Below, piece by piece: positions 61,240 to 64,000 of a stretch of 64,000 nucleotides of DNA. The stretch lies in the NCBI GenBank assembly GCA_965652295.1, contig CBFGTS010000018.1, positions 25,882 through 89,881 on the forward strand. Reading direction: 5' to 3'. Position numbers and translations under genes: made by a program. Numbering within the stretch: the first letter of the stretch is position 1; each line of letters starts with the position of its first letter. This stretch comes from an uncultured Haloferula sp. Its GTDB lineage: Bacteria; Verrucomicrobiota; Verrucomicrobiia; Verrucomicrobiales; Akkermansiaceae. Under the pieces are notes generated by a model, which saw only the letters and a program-made list of their open reading frames with translations, did no database searches and was not told where the DNA came from.

Positions 61240-61839
61240 ATGTCCCGAATCGAATATCCCGAAGCGGTCAACACGCTGGTCAACGAACTGAAGCAACTGC
61301 CCGGTATCGGTCCGCGGAGTGCCGAACGCATCGCCATCTGGCTCATCCAGAGTCCCCGCGCTCATCCCACGGCCCTTTCGGCGGCGCTGCTGGCGTCTCA
61401 TGAGAAAGTCGTGCCTTGCCCGAAGTGCGGCTTCTTTTCCACGGTCGATGGCTGCGCCGTCTGTCTGCATCCGCGGCGGGAGGCCGTGTTGTGTGTGGTG
61501 GAGCAGGCGACCGACGTGATCTCGATGGAGCGTTCGGGGGCATTCAAAGGTTTCTACCATTGCCTCGGAGGACGGCTTTCTCCGCTGGACAACGTCACTC
61601 CGGAAGATCTGCGGATCGGCTCGCTGCTGGAGCGAATCACCGTCGACGGAATCGGTGAAGTCATCCTTGCGCTCGGTTCGGATGTCGAAGGTGAGGCAAC
61701 GGCCAGCTACCTCGCCGATCTCCTGCGGGGGAAATGCCAGGTCACCCGGCTGGCCCAAGGTCTGCCGGCTGGCGGCGGGCTTGAGCATGCCGATGCGCTG
61801 ACGCTTGCCCGCGCGCTCGAAGGCCGCCGCGGGATGTGA
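61240..61839 (+). CDS. recR: Recombination mediator RecR
   Basis: LPGIGPRSAER, CxxC...CxxC, LCVVE, G.LSPLD, EVILA...EGEATA. Confidence 0.95.
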   Translation: MSRIEYPEAVNTLVNELKQLPGIGPRSAERIAIWLIQSPRAHPTALSAALLASHEKVVPCPKCGFFSTVDGCAVCLHPRREAVLCVVEQATDVISMERSGAFKGFYHCLGGRLSPLDNVTPEDLRIGSLLERITVDGIGEVILALGSDVEGEATASYLADLLRGKCQVTRLAQGLPAGGGLEHADALTLARALEGRRGM

Positions 61840-62238
61840 TCACGATCGCCGGCAGGGAAACGGAAACACCCGGGCGCGAAGTTTCTCAAAAACCACCGCA
61901 CCGAAGCCGGCACCGAGGAAGTCGGCGACGAAATCCGCCAGATCATTTCCCGTCCGACCCGCCACGAAGCTCTGATGGTATTCGTCCAGGCCACCGATCA
62001 AGGCGAGCACGCCGGTAACCCATAGCAACCGCGTAAGGACCTTGCTGCCGGGGATAGACAAATAAACCGCGGGCCCCAACAGACCCGCGCCTCCGAAGAA
62101 GTATCCGAAGTGGTAAAGTTTGTCGATTTCCAGCCAGGTGTCCGGCTGGTAGATCGGCCTCGCCGCGGACGAGAGCCACCACAGGGTGATGGCCCAGCCG
62201 GCGAAGGCGGTGAACCAGAGGCTTCGGCGGCGGATCAC
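61840..62238 (-). CDS. VanZ-family membrane protein
   Basis: DKLYHF.YF, DEYHQSFVAGR, DFVADFLG; GTG start overlaps the antitoxin stop. Confidence 0.85.
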   Translation of the reverse strand: MIRRRSLWFTAFAGWAITLWWLSSAARPIYQPDTWLEIDKLYHFGYFFGGAGLLGPAVYLSIPGSKVLTRLLWVTGVLALIGGLDEYHQSFVAGRTGNDLADFVADFLGAGFGAVVFEKLRARVFPFPCRRS

Positions 62239-62507
62239 TGCTTGCGCACTTCGTCTTCCAGCCGTTCGGCCAGCCACTGCTTCATCATGGATTGGTAGTT
62301 GAGGAAGCGGGAGCGGGCGATGCGCTTGATGCGGGAAAGCATCCGCGGGTCGAAGCGCAGGGTGATGGTGGTGGATTCCCGCGAGTCCGGCTGGTGGATC
62401 GAGCCGGCCATCAGGCGGCCGTCGAGCTCGTTCTCGAGCCAGAACTTCGCTTCTTCCTCCTCGTCCTCGAATTCGGGAATCTGGTTCCAGTTGGAAATCG
62501 TGTTCAT
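62235..62507 (-). CDS. CopG-type (BrnA-like) antitoxin
   Basis: IPEFEDEEEEAKFW...ITLRF...IKRIA....YQSMMKQWL.E.L (RHH). Confidence 0.85.
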   Translation of the reverse strand: MNTISNWNQIPEFEDEEEEAKFWLENELDGRLMAGSIHQPDSRESTTITLRFDPRMLSRIKRIARSRFLNYQSMMKQWLAERLEDEVRKQ

Positions 62508-62517
62508 CGTGAAGCGA

Positions 62518-62796
62518 TTATTTGAATTCGGCGTATTTCCGCTCGTAGAACCGGAGTTCGTTTTCACTCATCTCGCGGACGCAGATGATGCGGGCGGTCT
62601 TGCCATTGGTCCAAAAACACAGGAACAGCGGGCGCTCCGCCACCGTCTTGCCGACGGCGTAATAGCGGGACTCGCCGTCGGCGCGATCGTTCTCCGGCAA
62701 AAATCGCAGGGCGAACGGGTCCTCAAGCGCTTCCTCGATTTCTCGAGGCTTGATGTACTTGAGGTCGAAGTTGACGTCGATCAGATCGAGTTCCAT
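62518..62796 (-). CDS. BrnT-like toxin with a degenerate N-terminus
   Basis: GE.RY.A.G.T...R.LF..F...RII..R.M...E..FY; upstream of the antitoxin. Confidence 0.75.
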   Translation of the reverse strand: MELDLIDVNFDLKYIKPREIEEALEDPFALRFLPENDRADGESRYYAVGKTVAERPLFLCFWTNGKTARIICVREMSENELRFYERKYAEFK

Positions 62797-62860
62797 GGGC
62801 GTGCACCCGCAGCAAACCGTGGAATCGGGGCGGGGGGAAGCGGAATCCGGAACGAGCGGG

Positions 62861-63688
62861 TCACTGACCGGGGAGACCCGGGTCGGTCGTGGGGAAATCG
62901 TAGCCGCCTTCGTTGGGATACTCGCTGCGGTGTTCCTCATGGTGATCGCGGAAAACATTCCGGACATCGCCGAAGATCGAGCCGCCCCGGGTGCGGGGAC
63001 CGCTGACCACGTTCAAGGTGGGCTTCAGTGCGCCGGACCGCTTCGCGGCTTTCTGCTGCGCCACGGTTTGATCGATCGCCTCGGTCGAGGCGGCAGGCAG
63101 CGGGCCGAAGGTGCCCTTTCCGGCGAGCGCGGAGGTGGCGAGCAGCCGGGCGACATCGATCGTCACCGGGGAAGGCACCACCCGGCCGTCCGGACGCATG
63201 ACGATCATTTTTCCGGCGGGAACGAGCACCGGCTTCTTCGAGCCGTTGATGTAAAGCTTCTGCGTGCCTTCGAGCGTGAGCAGCTTCACCCATTCGCCCG
63301 GACTGTATTCGAACATCGAAGTGGTGCCGGTGATCGCCGCCGTGACGGTGGCCGTTCGGATCGTCGCTCCGCCTGCGTTCTTCGGGACCTGGAGCAGGAT
63401 CGAACCCTGCTGGAGTTCCACGTCGCGGCTGCCATTGCGGAAGCTGAAGACGGAGTTTTGACCGAGGCGGGTGATCGTCTGGTCGGAGAAAACCAGCTCG
63501 GCGCGCGACTTGCGGCCGGTCTGCACCGAGGCGGTGCCGCCGACCGTTTCGCCGACCGAGGCGGGTCGCCCGTCACCGGCTTTTCCATGGACGCGGACGT
63601 CGTTCACGGCCTGGGTGATCTTGGCCGAGGAAAGCGGGGCCGCGGAGGCGATGGCGGCCAAAGGGAGAAGGCAAAGCAGGGATTTCAT
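62861..63688 (-). CDS. Exported FecR-domain protein
   Basis: Signal peptide; TGRKSRAELVFSD.TITRLGQNS, IRTATVTAAITGT. Confidence 0.85.
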   Translation of the reverse strand: MKSLLCLLPLAAIASAAPLSSAKITQAVNDVRVHGKAGDGRPASVGETVGGTASVQTGRKSRAELVFSDQTITRLGQNSVFSFRNGSRDVELQQGSILLQVPKNAGGATIRTATVTAAITGTTSMFEYSPGEWVKLLTLEGTQKLYINGSKKPVLVPAGKMIVMRPDGRVVPSPVTIDVARLLATSALAGKGTFGPLPAASTEAIDQTVAQQKAAKRSGALKPTLNVVSGPRTRGGSIFGDVRNVFRDHHEEHRSEYPNEGGYDFPTTDPGLPGQ

Positions 63689-63702
63689 GGCGGCGGGAAG
63701 GG

Positions 63703-63946
63703 TTAGAAGCTGAGCTGGACGCCGACCCCGGCACCGGTGTGCCAGGACTGGGAATCGTTCACTCCAAGCGGTGTGTTGGAGTCGTGGTTGGAGTAGTAAA
63801 CCTGGGCGAAAAGGGTGGAGACCGGGCACACCTGCCAATCGACCCGCAGACCGACGGAATGGTTCCAGTCCTCGCGGCCGGCGGCGTCGAAGTCCCACCA
63901 CGCACCGCGCCAGCCGAGGGTGGCACCGAGGTCGCTGGTGAGCCAC
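63703..63946 (-). pseudogene. 3' fragment of an outer-membrane beta-barrel gene, apparently interrupted
   Basis: WLTSDLGATLGWRGAWWDFD...REDWNHSVGLRVDWQ...WHTGAGVGVQLSF* shows amphipathic strands and a terminal F; in-frame TGA at 63961-63963 upstream. Confidence 0.6.
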
Positions 63947-64000
63947 TGTAAGCTTCCCCGTCAATGAGACAGTGCTAACTGAGAGATTCGGGCGGTAGGT
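63947..64000. mobile_element. Probable terminal inverted repeat of an IS3-like insertion sequence (rest lies beyond the window)
   Basis: Abrupt break in the coding frame; TGTAAGCTTCCCCGTCAATGAGACAG has the TG...CCCC...GACA pattern of IS3-type ends; about 52% GC by hand count. Confidence 0.55.

Overview
High-GC bacterial chromosome segment whose gene set looks like a Verrucomicrobiaceae genome (Haloferula/Luteolibacter-like; inferred from a PVC-type CxxCH heme protein, tandem GspE/PilB ATPases and secreted proteins with a DxDxDG C-terminal module). Housekeeping genes: pdxH (partial), dtd, mutM, tyrS, cysS, hemB, tatC, argH, fabF, gcvTHP, ftsY and recR. Envelope and export genes: tamB-tamA-like pair, a GspE/PilB x2-PilC-GspG cluster, a minimal two-partner secretion pair, ExbB/ExbD with non-canonical partners, two L,D-transpeptidases and secreted proteases. 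I saw no rRNA, tRNA, CRISPR array or prophage. Observations most worth following up: (1) sigma70 promoters repeatedly sit 5-12 nt from start codons with no Shine-Dalgarno, suggesting widespread leaderless mRNAs; (2) an L,D-transpeptidase fused to a HAD phosphatase across a C7 tract; (3) a shared C-terminal module on two unrelated secreted proteins; (4) a TpsA consisting almost only of the secretion domain; (5) a degenerate BrnT/CopG pair coupled to vanZ; (6) an apparent pseudo-amidohydrolase next to tamA; (7) a probable IS3-like end interrupting an outer-membrane barrel gene at the right edge. All calls come from motif recognition by eye; no database searches were run.
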